Positions 25,772 to 40,726 are shown, numbered from the stretch's first letter. The stretch is DNA of 64,000 nucleotides from Octopus vulgaris (GCA_951406725.2 OX597816.1:129270001-129334000); one strand, 5' to 3'. Made by a program: numbers and translations. Notes: generated from the sequence alone by a model not told the origin.

Positions 25772-26867
25772 TGTGTTTTGTTAATTAATTTCAAAATTTT
25801 CCATACACCCATTTTCATTAAAATTTACCTTCAATTTAGCATTCTGCCTTCTTATAATTTTTCCTTGCCTATATATGTATATATTTACACAAAGGAGAGA
25901 TATAGATAAATAGACAGACAAACAGACAGACAGAAAGACAAACCGATAGGTTGATAGATATGTACATATGTGTGCATGTATGAGTGTGTCATTGTATGTT
26001 TGTATGCATATATATATATGCATAAATACACACACATATGTATATATATAAATGCATGTATGTACTTGTGCATGTATATCTCAAGCATAAATGTACTGGT
26101 GCATATAAGGAAATGTTTGTGTGAGAAGGTACGTATATGTTAATGTAAAGATACAATGTTTATGATTCCGCAAGTGTATATACATGCATTAACATATGCG
26201 TACATAAGCATTGTATAAACGTGTGGTAATCACATTCGTGGTTTTATTTGTGTACCTGTATGGCTGTGCTTGTGTACATGTTTGGTGTGCGTACATGTAA
26301 TACATGTTTGTTTTCCTGAGTAGATCAATTGATTTATGATAGAAACATGTGGTGGATAAGAGAACCATCGATGAAATGGCAGTGACTGCGTGCTATCAAT
26401 CTATCAGAGATTCCACATGCTATCACTTAACTAGGACTTTGCTGACCAACCAAACTACCAAAGCACATAGTAGTTCCTGCTTAATTGATTCTTGTGATCA
26501 TCGTATGCTTCGATTTTCTTTTTCTTTTTGATTTTTAGTATTTTTTTTTTGTTTCTTTTCTTGTCTTTTTTCTCTCTCTTTTTTTTTTTTTGTAATTGTC
26601 GAAAGAAAAAGGAAAGAATAATTAAAGCAGGAAAAACATGAAAGAAAAAACTGTGATTGGTTTTAAGATCATCATTGAGTTCTGGTATGTTTTCGTTTTT
26701 TGCCCTTTTGGAGGATGTACAATTGTGTGCGTGTGTGTGTGTGTGTACATACAATATATATATACACACACACACACATACACATATATATGTATATGGA
26801 TACATATACACACATAGATATATACACATGTGTGTGTGTGTGTGTATAGATATCAATATATATAAAT

Positions 26868-26943
<76 letters not shown>

Positions 26944-27192
26944 GTGTACTGTATAACATTGTATACTATTATCTGTTTCAGAAATGATAGAGTTTAGTGT
27001 ATATGCTGAGCCCAGGCAGTGCAATTTTAATTTGTCTAAGTGAGCTATTTAATCACCATGAGTGTACACAACTCAACAAGTAGCCAGTTTTATGGCTTTA
27101 TGTTTATGAGTATTAAATAAACATCAGAAAGAATGAACCTCAAATAGACTGCATAAAGAAAAAATACGGAATAATTACTAATTTGTGTGTGC

Positions 27193-27278
<86 letters not shown>

Positions 27279-27654
27279 GTGTGTATATATATATATGTGT
27301 GTGTATATATATATATATATATACATACATACATATATACATACATACATATATATACATACATACATATATATACATACATACATACATTTGCATACAA
27401 ACGTGTGTGTGTATGTATAGTGTTTCACACACGCACATACACACATATACGCATACACATACACACACATACGCACATACTCATCTATAATATGATATAT
27501 TCATAAAAGCTAGTGGCTCTCTCCAGTGCATGTTAGGGTTTTTTAGTCACATGCAACTCTTTGGTATCATGTCATGAGAATTATTGAATTATTATCTTCA
27601 AGTAGATTATCAACTTTGCTACATGTATCCAGTATTTTTTCTTGTATATGTACG

Positions 27655-27699
<45 letters not shown>

Positions 27700-28727
27700 G
27701 TATATATTCCATTGCTGCCATCTATGAAGAGAGCAAGGTCACATAATCAGGCCATTATCTAACACTCTGTTGAACCCCTAGTGTGAAACCAATTAGTAAG
27801 ATCGACTGTAAAGGATATATAAGACTATATGCTTTGATTTATAAATATACATATATATATATATATATATATATTTCATCATCATCATTTAACATTCACT
27901 TTTCTCTGTTTGCGTAGGTCAGACTGAATTTATTGAAACACCTATTGCCAACCCTCACACCTTGTTTTTAAGGGAAAGTCTGATAGTCACTTTAAAGTTT
28001 AGATTATGCAGCCTTCATAGGGCTGTCATATGAAGATTGCATTGTAAAAGTAAAATAAATACATTACTCTACTACATAGCATTGAGCAATCCTTCAAGTT
28101 AATGTTTGACTAATTTTATAAAATCATTCATAAAAATCAATCATTAATACAAACATATAAATATAACACAAATAAAGGCATATTAAAAAACATAGGTTCC
28201 ACAGGGAGCCTTCAATTCTTTTTATCCAAAAGGGTTTTTCAACCCAGTATTTAAATTCTTTTATTTTAGCTGCATATGTGCTTCAAGATCTATTGTCCCC
28301 CCAAAAAAAAAACTATTCCACATTCAAGATAAATTTTTGATTAACCTCCATTCAAGGGAAAAGTAAACAAAATAAACACCTTGTAGCAGTTGCAACCAAC
28401 TCCAAATGAAAAGGGGAGATAAACTCATGAATCAAGAATTCTTTATTATTGACATGCTATTAAAGCAGTGGTTCTCAACCATTTTTTCAGTATGTATTTT
28501 ACTTTGGTGGATCTCCGTAGCAATTCAATGTCTACTCTTTTCAGTCATTTGACTGTGGCCAGGCTGGAGCACCGCCTTTAGTCGAACAAATCGACCCCAG
28601 GACTTATTCTTTGTAAGCCTAGTACTTATTCTATCGGTCTTTTTTGCCAAACCGTTAAGTTACAGGGACATAAACACATCACCATCAGTTGTCAAGCAAT
28701 GTTGGGGGGACAAACACAGACGCACAA

Positions 28728-28779
<52 letters not shown>

Positions 28780-30499
28780 CCACTAAAATTTTATGTGACA
28801 CCTTGAGGTCAAGAGTTAGTACAGTAGCTGTGGTGTGTCACCCTACAAGAGTGTTAATGACCTGTAGGGACATCACATTTCATTATGCAACCATAATAGA
28901 CTACAAAGTATATTAAACATTTTTCTAAGTCAATACTTTGTCTACTGTGTTAGCAGTGCTATTACATCCCTTACTAATGTTATCTCTACAGATTTACCCA
29001 TTATTTGTCTTCAATCTCATTGTTGTTTACATCAGGCATCTTGGATACAAAACATCATAACAAAAGTCAGTGCTAGCTATAATTTCTATAGACTATTTGT
29101 AGAGACAACCTTAACAAGTACTGCAAGAGTAATGACAAGTAGAGAAACGAGATAGGAATACTTGAATGAAAATAATATGAGCCAACCTAGCTTTAAAAAG
29201 TGAAGACCTGAAGAAAAGACAAAGTGAGAGATAATACACTTGTGGGTTAGGGATTGGAGTACATTTATGAATGACTTCCTGCCAATCAGTTTGGGTGAGG
29301 CTTTTTGGATGTGATCTAATATATGACAGAGAGGGAAAACTATTGTCATAAGGAAGATTTTAATCAATTAGGCAATGAGTTTTCTATGTAATGTCTTCAA
29401 ATTAACTGTGAAAGTAAGCTCATGATTCAGTTATCTGACTTGTACTTTATCATCAAACTTGTTAAAGAGATAGTAAATATTTAACTGTATAGTAAACCCA
29501 ACATTATTATTCAAAACTGAAAAGTTTCTTAACTCTGACAGAAAGGCTAAGTTCTTCCTGATATAGTTTTGTAAAATGAAGAATAAAGAATTTCCAAAAT
29601 AAACTGCAAGGGATGCTTAAGTGATAAATATTTTACAGGAAGAGAGGGATCTGGTAAGTTTATCGATATTCCTGAGAAATGGGGTGGGTTGATGTAATGA
29701 TGTAACTTTAGCATATAAATATTTTTAAATATGGATTTCTAACACTGATACTGGCCACACATTATTGGAAAAGATTGTAGTCAATTCAATCAGCCTCAGT
29801 TTTTGACTTTCTTATTTTAACATGCTGGTGCCACATAAAAGTACCTGTGCCAGTGGCACATTAAAAGCACCCAGTACACACAGTATACTAGCTGGCATTA
29901 GGAAGGGTACCCAGCTATAGAAACCAAGGCAAATTAGACTGGAACATAGTGTTGCTTCCCAGCTTGCTAGTTCTGGTCAAACTGTCCAACCCATGCCAGC
30001 ATGGAAAATAGATGATAAAAGCTGATAGTGATTATGATGAAAAGAACAAAAGCTATGTTGATCTTGGCAGGATATGAATGCAGCTAAACGTAAAGTGTGC
30101 ATTGCATTCAATTTGTCAGTCACAAAGTCTGCTATCCACCATTTTATTTAGTTTTTTTTCTTCATGTTACCAAATTATGAAGTTGTCAAATTTTTTATTT
30201 AAAAAATGACTTAGAAGAGAGAAACAAATGTAACAGATATTTGACAGGGAATCTGAAATGTTCTTGTCAACATAACCAATGAAGAAACTTTAGATTAAGG
30301 TTGACAGTTCTGAATCATTATCATCATTATTAAATGGCTGTCTTCCATGCAGTAATGAGTTGAACAGTTCAACAGGATCTAACAAAATGGAGAAATGTGT
30401 TGAGCTCTAATGTCTGCTTTGGCATAGTTTCTACAGCTGGATGTCTTCTAAACAGCAATCACTTTACTGAGTGTACTAAGGGCTTTTTTTATAGGTATC

Positions 30500-31016
30500 A
30501 GCTGTTGTGCACAAGAGAGAAGACTGTGCTGATTTGGTCATGTGATGCATATTGATGAAGACAGATGCATAAAGAAGTGCCAAGTTCTAAATGTGGAGGG
30601 TATCTGTGGAAGAGGTAGACCCAGAAAAACATGGGAGAAAGTCGGGAGAAAGGCTGAGCCTCATTAAAGAAATGACAAGGGGCCAGGAGATAAGATAGTT
30701 TACTATGCTTGACGAGACACATCAAACTAACTAATATTGCTATCTTCCACACATACAGGATTTCCTTTCAGGTGCCAATGCCACATTAAAAGCACCCATG
30801 CCAGTGTTGCATTAATGCACCTGTACCGGTGGCACATAAAAATAAATCATCCAACACACTCTGTTAAGTGGTTGGTGTTAGGAAGGGCATCCAGCTGTAG
30901 AAACAATGTCACAACAGACAACTGGAGTCTGGACAGCTCCCTGCAAGCCAGCTCCATGTCAAACCATCCAACCCATGCCAGCATGGAAAGCAGATGTCAA
31001 ACGATGATGATGATGG
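30500..31016 (+). mobile_element. decayed RTE 3' fragment
   Basis: tgtggaagaggtagacccagaaaaacatggg, RTE tail and GAT repeats. Confidence 0.75.
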
Positions 31017-31136
31017 TAGCAACACTAATGAAGTCTCCAAATAACTAGCAAGACAAGCTCCCTTCAATTGAGTGGAGGATGTAACAGAGAAAGAGATGGC
31101 TTTATACTACGTGCCGAGAGACTAAATTATGATTAA

Positions 31137-31354
31137 CCCTTTCGTTACCAACTTGGCTGAAACCGGCTCTGGTTCTGAGTACAATTGTCTTGTTTTCATA
31201 AGTTTTGAATTAAAATCTTCCACCAAACCTTAGTCACAATTTATGTTCCTAACACTAGCTGAATGATAACTAAGTTATTTTACTAAATTCTGTTATATTT
31301 AAAGTAATTGAAAGAAACAGAGAGCATCTCAAAATAAATATAGTAACGAAAGGG
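31137..31354. mobile_element. piggyBac-type MITE, 218 bp, TTAA TSD
   Basis: TTAA|ccctttcgttac ... gtaacgaaaggg|TTAA. Older relatives at ~2748-3020, ~36260-36445 and ~37081-37290. Confidence 0.9.
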
Positions 31355-32862
31355 TTAAAGAACCAGAGGAGCTATGTGAAGATGACGAGGTGTTAGGACA
31401 TACTCTCAAGGTAAAAGAAGATGAAAATAAGAATGAATAAGAGAGAATAATGAATGGTGGATAAGTAAGTTTGCAAGAGTTCCAATAGAAGAGGAACACA
31501 TGGTTAAAGATGGGAATTAAGGTGAATGCAATGAATGGGGAACAAGCCCATGCCACACATTTTCTGAAGCTTTACTAGTATCATGTATAACACCCATTTC
31601 TTCCAGATTAATATGTGTATGTGTGTGTGTGTGTTATTTATGTATCATATGTGTGTGTTGCTGTTGCTATTGTTTAGCTCCAATTCAACCTCAAGACTAA
31701 GCAAACCTATGATCAAAGGTATCCCAGTTGTGACCATCTCATCTTTTTCTCTTTTCTTTGTTTTTCTTTTCAGTGTATATCTCAGTCTATGTTATCCCAT
31801 GTGTTGTGTCATGTTGTGTTGAAGACATCTCTAATTTATTCTTGATAATTTTCTGTGAAGCTTTTCAAGTTTATGGACTTTATTTGTTATTATTCTACAG
31901 AAACCAGAAAAAAAAATTACCCTCAACCTTCACACACTTTCTTGTTTCGCATGTTTACCAACCATTGGTCCTGCCTAGTATTCTTTGATGTTGCATTCTA
32001 CTTCACTAATAGATTCCAAATGTCCCACTTGAGGTTGTTGTTGTTATAAAGCCTCAAACATCATGCTTTGTCTATTACTACTCTGAGAACAAAATTTTCT
32101 TCTTTTTTTGCTTTTCTATTTTGTTTTTAATTGACTACAACAATCTTTCTGCACTGCATTTCTATAATTTTAAGGAAAATTTTTGTTTTCTTTCAGCTTT
32201 TCAGTCAAGAATTCTTTAATGTATTTCAATAAAAAATATATATGTATTGTCCCCCTTAGGAAATGTATTGTCATCAGCAGTCTGCTGAGACTTACATAGG
32301 TTTCACAATATATTATATGGCAATGATGTTTACATCTTTCATGTGGAAGAGATATTTCACATACTATATTTAGATAATTTAATTCATAAAGACAATGATA
32401 TAATTTATCAGGTACACATGAAATTATCAATGAATTATAAATTATAGGCACAGCTGAGGCTGTATGGTAAGTGGAAAGAGGTTTGCTCCCCAACCACATG
32501 GTTTGGGTTCAGTTTCTCTTTGGTATATTGAACAAGTATCTTCTACTATAGCCCTGGAATAACCAAAGCCTTGCGAGTGAATTTGGTTGGCAGAAACTGA
32601 AAGGCAGTGAGATGATAGAAACATTAGCATGCCGGGCGAAATGCTTAGTGGTATTTCGTCTGCCACAACATTCTGAGTTCAAATTCTGTCGAGGTCGACT
32701 TAGCCTTTCATCCTTTCAGGGTCGATTAAATAAGTACCAGTTATGTACTGGGATCACTATAATCGGCTTAATTCATTTGTCTGTCCTTGTTTGTCCGTTC
32801 TGTGTGTAGCCCCTTGTGGACAGTAAAGAAATAAGAAATAAGAAACTGAAAGAAGCCCATTA

Positions 32863-33808
32863 TATCATCATTATCATCATCATTTAACATGCCTTGTCCA
32901 TGCTGGTATGGGCTGGATGGTTTGACCAGGACTGGCAAGCTGGAAGGCTGCACCAGACTCCAGTCTGATTTGGCATTGTTTCTACAGCTGAATGCCCTTC
33001 CTAATGCCAACCACTCCCAGAGTGTAATGGGTACTTTTATGTTCTACCAGCATGGGTACCATTTGCATGACACCAGTATCTGCCACGACTGTGATTTTAT
33101 TTGGGTTGATGGGTCTTCTTCTCAAGCACAACATAACAACAAAGGTCTCGGTCATTGCCTCTGTGAGGCACAACACTCAAAAGGAGCTGTTCACGTGCCA
33201 CCAGTATCAACCACTTTGCCTCCATGAAGCCCAATACTCGAAAGGTGCTTCTTATGGGCCACCAGCATGGGTGCTAGTAATGTGACATCAGCATCAGCCC
33301 CGACTACAATTTTGCTTAACTTGATGGGTCTTCTCAAGCACAGCCAAAGGTCTTGATCACTAGTCATTGCCTCTGTGTGGCCCAAAGTTTGAAGATCATG
33401 CTTCACCACTTCATCCCAGGTCTTCCTAGATCTACCTCTACCACAGGTTCCCTTCATAGTTAGAGATCGGCACTTCTTTACACAACTGTCCTTGTCGATA
33501 TGCATCATATGATCATACCAGTGCAGTCATCTCTCTTGCACACCACATCTGATGCCTCTTATGCCCAACTTTTCTCTCAAGATGCTTAAACTCTGTCGAA
33601 CATGCACATTGACATTGCACATCCAATGAAGTATACTGGCTTCATTTCTTTCAAGCCTACACATGTCCTCAGCTGTTACAATCCATATTTCACTGCTGTG
33701 TATCATAGCTGTTTGCACACAGGCATTATACAATCTGCCTTTCACTCTGAGGAAGAGGCCTTTTGTTGCAGAGGTAGGAGCTCTCTGAACTTTACCCAGC
33801 CTAATCTC
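32863..33808 (-). mobile_element. RTE-clade LINE 3' portion
   Basis: KGRLYNACVQTAMIHSSEIW, DSCVKKCRSLTMKGTCGRGRSRKTWDEVVKHDL; (ATC)n tail. Confidence 0.9.
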
Positions 33809-34084
33809 ATTATATACATTACCCTGGGTTTCCTGTTCATAAGGGTTCGACTTTATGGTGTGTCATCTGATCTCAATGCCTGATGGCCTAAGACCTTTTT
33901 AAAATATGGAGGGGAAAGAATCTCAACACAAAATGCAAAAGTAAACAAAAGGATTATCTCCCTTTGCTAATAACTATCGACTTTTGGCCATGGCACCATC
34001 AATCGGCTATGAGGGTAAGCAAAAATATAAATTACTCTTTCTTAGAGTGTACTTCTTCTCAGGATTTATGTTTTTCTAATAATG

Positions 34085-34115
<31 letters not shown>

Positions 34116-34151
34116 TTAATAAGGGTGAGAGAATTAGATACTAATTTAATA

Positions 34152-34228
<77 letters not shown>

Positions 34229-34536
34229 TTTATGAATTCATTGTGCAAGATTCCTGATGTGAAACCATGTGTTGAAACTGATATTTATTTGGCAAAAAAT
34301 GATAATAATAATAATAAATAAAATGACCATCCCAACGTACAACAATATATATATATATATATATACAAATTGAGATAGGGGTTGTAAATGCAACCCTCCA
34401 TGGGATAACATATATCCAATATACTGCTAGTGAAGTACCCAACAAAGTTAATACATAAATGTTAAGAATTGCGATGCAATTAATTCATTTACTGTATTAT
34501 ATGGGCAAAGGTAAAATGTTTTACCACAAATTAATA

Positions 34537-35181
34537 ATACAAAATAAGAAAATGGAGAAATACATCCAAATTAATTATCAACTACCAGATAATACCTAAT
34601 CACATACTTTATTAAACCACTACATATGAACATTAAAGTCAAACATAATAATATAGAACAAAACAGTGTACATGAAGGAGTAATATGATACAATAAGTAC
34701 AATATGTATAAGAGAATATAAATAAATATAAATATAAATATAAACTACATCTTACAGCTGTTTCGGCCATGCAGATATGGGTGTCTGTGTATATGATATA
34801 TTATGGGTATGTACCCACACTTGTATGGGTGTATATTTAATTTAGTTTGTATTTCATAATCTCCGAAGAGGCCTTGGGATATTTTTGTAAGTGTCTCATT
34901 TATAACTACATATTGACCTATCACACATGGCTAATATGAGCAAAATGAGACACCCATATCTGCATGACCGAAACAGCTGTAAGATGTAGTTTATATTTAT
35001 ATTCTCTTATACATATTGTACTTATTGTATCATATTACTCCTTCATGTACACTGTTTTGTTCTATATTATTATGTTTGACCTTAATGCTCATATGTAGTG
35101 GTTTAATAAAGTATGTGATTGGGTATTATCTGGTAGTTGATAATTGATTTGGATGTATTTTTCCATTTTCTTATTTTGTAT
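34537..35181. mobile_element. long palindrome (arms ~250 and ~234 bp), Penelope pLTR-like inverted end structure
   Basis: 34537-34786 is the reverse complement of 34948-35181, with few mismatches and one small indel. It contains a hammerhead and lies among (TA)n tracts. Confidence 0.8.
34859..34985 (+). ncRNA. type I hammerhead motif with ~100-nt extended stem II (U4->C core variant)
   Basis: ATCT-CCGAAGA-GGCC...GACC-GAAA-CAGCTG-TA-AGAT. Stem I ATCT/AGAT; palindromic stem III ACAGCTGT; GUA triplet at 34979-34981; internal helices gtgtctcattt/aaatgagacac and catatt/aatatg. Confidence 0.7.
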
Positions 35182-38100
35182 ATATATATATATGTATACA
35201 CACACATATATATCTTGATAATTCTAAAACTCTAGAGATGTTTGTGCATACCCAAAATATCTTAGAAACAGTATATTTTATTTTAATTTTTTTAAAGTAC
35301 AAATTTTTGTGATATTTGGGACTCTATTAAGGAAAACAATTAAACAAAATTTTTTTTTGTTATTTTTTGATGAAAAAAAATTGCTTCCATGATGTCAACA
35401 CACATACAGACATACAGAATACACACACATATAATGAATGTCATAGCATGTCAATCAACACAAACACAGGTCCGCTATCTGTGACATGTACACACATAAT
35501 CTTCGCACACTCTAAGGAAAAAAAAAGACATCAACTTTTTGATGTACACAATATTTTAATCTTTTAGAAATATTTTTAACAGAATGTGATTTCAAAAATG
35601 TAAGTTGTTTGCACAGTAAGTATTTATATTTTAGCTTTCTTTAAACAGACAATATTTTAATGGGTTTTTTAAAATTATTTTCGAGTGAATGGCGATCTTT
35701 TGCTTATCATCCAGAGTTTGCTAATTTCAGTAAAAAAATTTCATTTATTTACTTTTGTTTAAAGTGAAAAAGTGTGTGATATGTGTGTGTGTGTGTCATC
35801 ATCATCAACATTATTTTCACATCTAGTTTTACATGAGTTTATTAAGGCAGATTTTCAACAGCTGGATGCCCTTCTTGTTACCTACACGCACCTGTTTCCA
35901 AATAAGGTAATATTTTCCTGTGACCAGATATGTTTTTACAGAATATTAGAAATGTATGACACTGTCATTGCATGACAGTGACACTCATATATATCACTAT
36001 CATCATCAGTATCACTTTAGCATCAATTTTTTCCATGCTCGCATGGGTTGGATGAGATTACACCAATGCAGAGTTTTCTACAGTCAGATCTCCTCTCTGA
36101 CACCAATCTTCACCTGTTTCCAAACAAGGTAATAATATATCAAACAACATACAGACCAAATATGATTTCATAAAGGACTGAAATCAATTGAAACCAAGTG
36201 TATGACTGGTATGGCTTTTATTTACAATTAGTATGCAATATATCAAGACAATTTTATTGCCACATTTCTATAGGAATACTTTTCCTTCATTTCAATTGAT
36301 TTTGAAAATAAGTAAAATAATTCAGTAAAATATCTTTGTCATTAGTAAGCTGGCATTTGGGACATAAATTTAGCCTGGAATTTTGATGGGAGATTTTGAT
36401 TTAAATCACTTTAGAATAGGTACAAAGCATTTTGGTATCAACAAGGTCAAAAGACATGTAACATTTTTTCTGGTGTTTTTTATTTTTTCTTGTTTATCTT
36501 GATAAAGGACCTTGACTGAAACATTGATGCCCTTCCTTTTCTCACATGGCTTAAAACACTAACCATGTTTACTGACGATTTCTTTCAAAATTCTGCTTCT
36601 CTGGATTATATACATATTAATTGCTAACTACTAACACTAATTACTCAGTCAAGAAGTAGAAGAATCTGTTTTGAGTCAGGTAAATTGAATCAAAAAGAAT
36701 TAGCTACCTTAGCCTTACAATGGTAAAGACTCAGTAATATGCATTCAAGAGATAACTATAGGGTCTTTCAACCCCCTTGAAATAGCAACTAAATTCCTGT
36801 CTTAAAAAAAGCGCACATTGAATAATTTAACCTTGAATATTATCTGAAACAAAGATGATCATAGCTGGGATATCTTTGATCAAAGGTCTGACAAGTTAAG
36901 GCTGATCTGGTGTTAACAACTCAGTAACCAGTCTATTCACTAAATAAAGTTGATCTTGGTTAAATTCCTCCAATTATTAATGTAAGTTTTATAAAAGAAT
37001 TTTGCTCTTATTTTCCAGGGATTTTCTATTGAAGATTTATTTTATACATGTTTATTAAATGTGTGTATGACACATCCCATTAACACTTTTGTTACTATAT
37101 TTCTGCTGAAATACGCTGCCTTCATTTCAATTAATTCTGAAAATAATGAAGAATTTAATAAAATAACTTTTGTTGTTATCAAGCTGGTGTTTGGAATATA
37201 AATTAACATGAAATTTTGATGGAAGGGTTTAATTTACATTACATTAAAACAGGAAGTTGGTATCCTAGAACCATGAACAGTCTCAGTGTATTGTCAGATG
37301 CTTGTTGAGATTCATACACATTTCACAATGTAGAGACACTTAATGATATTGGCAACTGCTCTATGGGCATGTGAATTCATATTATATTGGTCACTTTTAT
37401 CTGAGTCTTCCTCGTCAGTTGTTCATTAGATGTTGTTGCTGTTGTTGTTGCTTCCTATGATCAAAGGCACTTCATTCATAACCATCTTATCTTTTAATCA
37501 ATGTTATCTAATACCACATTATCCAATCTGTCTTTTAAGACAGTAGTGCGCGATTTGAGAGCAATTTGACTGATAATTCTAGTTGTCAAAGTTGCTTCAT
37601 TAGCTCATTAACTCGTTTACGTTGCATGTCATTGTTAAAAACATGTAGCTATTACTTATTCTCACATTATGTATAGTTTCAGGGTGTAGCTTTAACTTAT
37701 TTTGATGCTGTATATGTTTTACCTAGTAGCTGCTGTCAAATATTTCATTTGAATGGACACTGCATTTGATGTTTGTGTCTTTGTTATTACTTGATAAAAG
37801 TGGCCCTAATTTTATATTATAGCTTATAACTAAATATTAAATGGTAATTTACGTTGGTACTCTTTATACTTGTTATATTACTTGTTATTCTCTGAACTCT
37901 TTGATATGTTTTTATAATACAAGTTCATTTGATTATGTTCGTATTCTGATTTCAGAGGATAGTGTTTGTGGTTATTTTTTTTTATGATAGTACTTTTTAT
38001 TGTTGTTGTTTTTCTGCTGCTGTTGTTGCTGCTGCTGCTCTTGATTTTACTTTTGTTGCTGTTGTTTCAGTTAAATGCATAGCTTTCACTACAAGTGTGT

Positions 38101-38260
38101 TTGAGAACAAAATAGCGGTCATGGTTCAATTCATACGCTTGACTTTCTTGTTGTGTTATACACAGATAGTATTCCTTTTAATGACTAAAGTTCAAAAACA
38201 GAGATGAATATATGTATGTGTGTGTGTATGTGTGTGTGTGAGTGAGTGTGTGTGTATGTA

Positions 38261-38299
<39 letters not shown>

Positions 38300-38303
<4 letters not shown>

Positions 38304-38510
38304 AATGGCCTAGTGGTTAGGGCAGCGGACTCGCGGTCGCAGGATCGCGGTTTCGATTCTCAGACCGGGCGTTGTGTGTGTTTATTGAGCGAAAACACCT
38401 AAAAGCTCTACGAGGCTCCGGCAGGGGGTGGTGATCCCTGCTGTACTCTTTCACCACAATGGCGGTGCCCCAGCATGGCCACAGCTCAAGAGCTGAAACT
38501 GGAAAAACAA
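38300..38510 (+). mobile_element. young tRNA-derived SINE (A box TGGCCTAGTGG, B box GTTTCGATTC)
   Basis: tRNA-like head with intact CpGs, followed by a body shared with the 4585 and 48013 copies. Confidence 0.85.
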
Positions 38511-38834
38511 AAACAAAAACAAAACAATACATATAAATAAATATATATATATATTTATATATATATATCCTATTTACTTATCTTGAACATGTTGTCAAAA
38601 CAAGGAGACAAATACATAGAGAAATATACATGTATACATACATATATACATCATCATCATCATCTTATAATTCATTCTTACTCTCTCTCTCTTTTAAATG
38701 TGAGAAGCCATGTAGCTCCTCTACAACATCAATCCACTCTACTCAAATTTCTTCACTCAAACCTTTATCCCCCATCTAGCAAACAGAGGCAACATGCTTC
38801 CCCTCTGGTTTTGTTGACTCACAAGCTACATGGT

Positions 38835-39611
38835 GACTCCTCCAGGTACTTGATGTAGGCCTCCATGTTGAATCTGAGGCCATGTGGTAAGTTGAATGGA
38901 GGCATAACGTCGCCATCACTAGTGATCCCTCCAAACACTATGATGTTAATTGGATGCTTGATTTTTATCATTCTTGATATATGTTTTGGGGACACAGCAA
39001 GCCAATGGTTATTGTATGTTCATCTGATCCTGGCAGAAATTTTTTTCGTCAGTTGGAGGGGATGCTTGAGTTTGTTCAAAAGCTTCATAGCACGGACTTT
39101 CCTCTTCTCCTCGATGGCTTGGGATAAAAATTGGCCCTTTCTCATCTTCAAATGTCTTCATGCACCACTTGCCTAATAAGAAACTCACGCACTCCCATGT
39201 CCCTGGCAATGGATCTCATTGATTTGAAAGGATCATTGTCAATCATGGTCTGGATCTAACCAACAAATTTAAGAGTTCTTTTCTTAGAACAATTAGAGTG
39301 AGTTTTCCTAGCTGCCATACCTTCATTGTCACCATTAAACTCATCCAACTTTTTCTGCATCTTCTGCACTGTCCTCAGATTGATACCCAAACACAAAATG
39401 TTTGTATTGGAGCTTCTGGTGCAAATGCCAAGTAGTACAGCATGTCGTTTCCAAATTTCTAGCAGAGTGAATTGTGTCATGGTGCTGTTTTTCTTACAAA
39501 CAGTGCCCAACTGACCCTACAATATTGTGTAGTCAACAAAATCAAAAAGAAACATAACGCATGCATGAGATAAAAAATATAAAATGGTGACAATTTATCC
39601 ATGGTGCCCTG
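38835..39611 (-). mobile_element. maT/DD37D-type element, 5' half (same family as 21889-22765)
   Basis: Shared end ggtgacaatt...ccctg|TA, shared leader, and shared segment gatgtaggcctc...ctgaggccatgtgg. Confidence 0.85.
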
Positions 39612-39844
39612 TATATATATATATATATACACCAGGATTCTTTCAGTTTCCATCACACAGTGAGATTAACTCTGAAACAATGTGGTTTGGAAGCAAACTT
39701 CTTAACAAACACTGACACACAAACATACATATAATGTATATACATACATACATGTACACATGCAAACACATATACATATATACATATACTCACATACAGA
39801 CACGCATATACACCTGCTTGTGTGTGCACATATGTGTAAGAATA

Positions 39845-39882
<38 letters not shown>

Positions 39883-40327
39883 AATATATGTAATTTATGC
39901 ATATGCAAAAGTATATAAACAAAACACAGGATACACGACTCTAGATACAAACAAGATCTTATGTTTATGGAATATATTGCATGCAAAACAAAGCATGAAA
40001 CATTTGGAAGCATTTCTGTTAATACGTTTCCTTCATATCAATATTTATTCCTAAATGATTTGTTGATGGGTTTTCTTTGATTTTTCTTCTATGCTACTTT
40101 ACTAAATGCATGCACAGACAAATACTCAAATACACAAACACATCCATGTATGCATACACACATGCACACATGCAAGGCAATCATTACACATCCAAAACTA
40201 TGTGTGTCCAATATCAAAAGACAAACAACTGCATTACTGTTTTAGTGAAGTTTTAGTTGCATGTTTTAGTAAATTTGGCAGTCACCATACAAGGCAGATA
40301 TTACATCAACATTATACAGATTATGAG

Positions 40328-40362
<35 letters not shown>

Positions 40363-40726
40363 CAATTAAACACACTACATAAATTTATTACTTGAATATT
40401 AAAGAAAATATACATATGCCTGCAATCACACACATTCACACACACGAGCATATATATTACATTCAGATTAAACAATAAAAAGGCTGAACACACCAAAATA
40501 TTACATATAATTATGAAATTACACACACTCAAGCACATATAACACACATACACAAACTCAAGTATGTGAGCACAAATAAATTTATATGTATGCATGCACA
40601 TGCATACCTGTGTGTATGTGTGTGTATGCATACATATATATATATATATATCATATTATGTGTGTGTGTGTATATATACGTATGCATATACACACTTAAG
40701 TGTATGTTTGTATATAAATAAATGTA

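Noticed and set aside
38300-38372. Possible tRNA gene
   Set aside because: Stems are imperfect and the sequence continues into a body shared with other copies; it is a SINE head.
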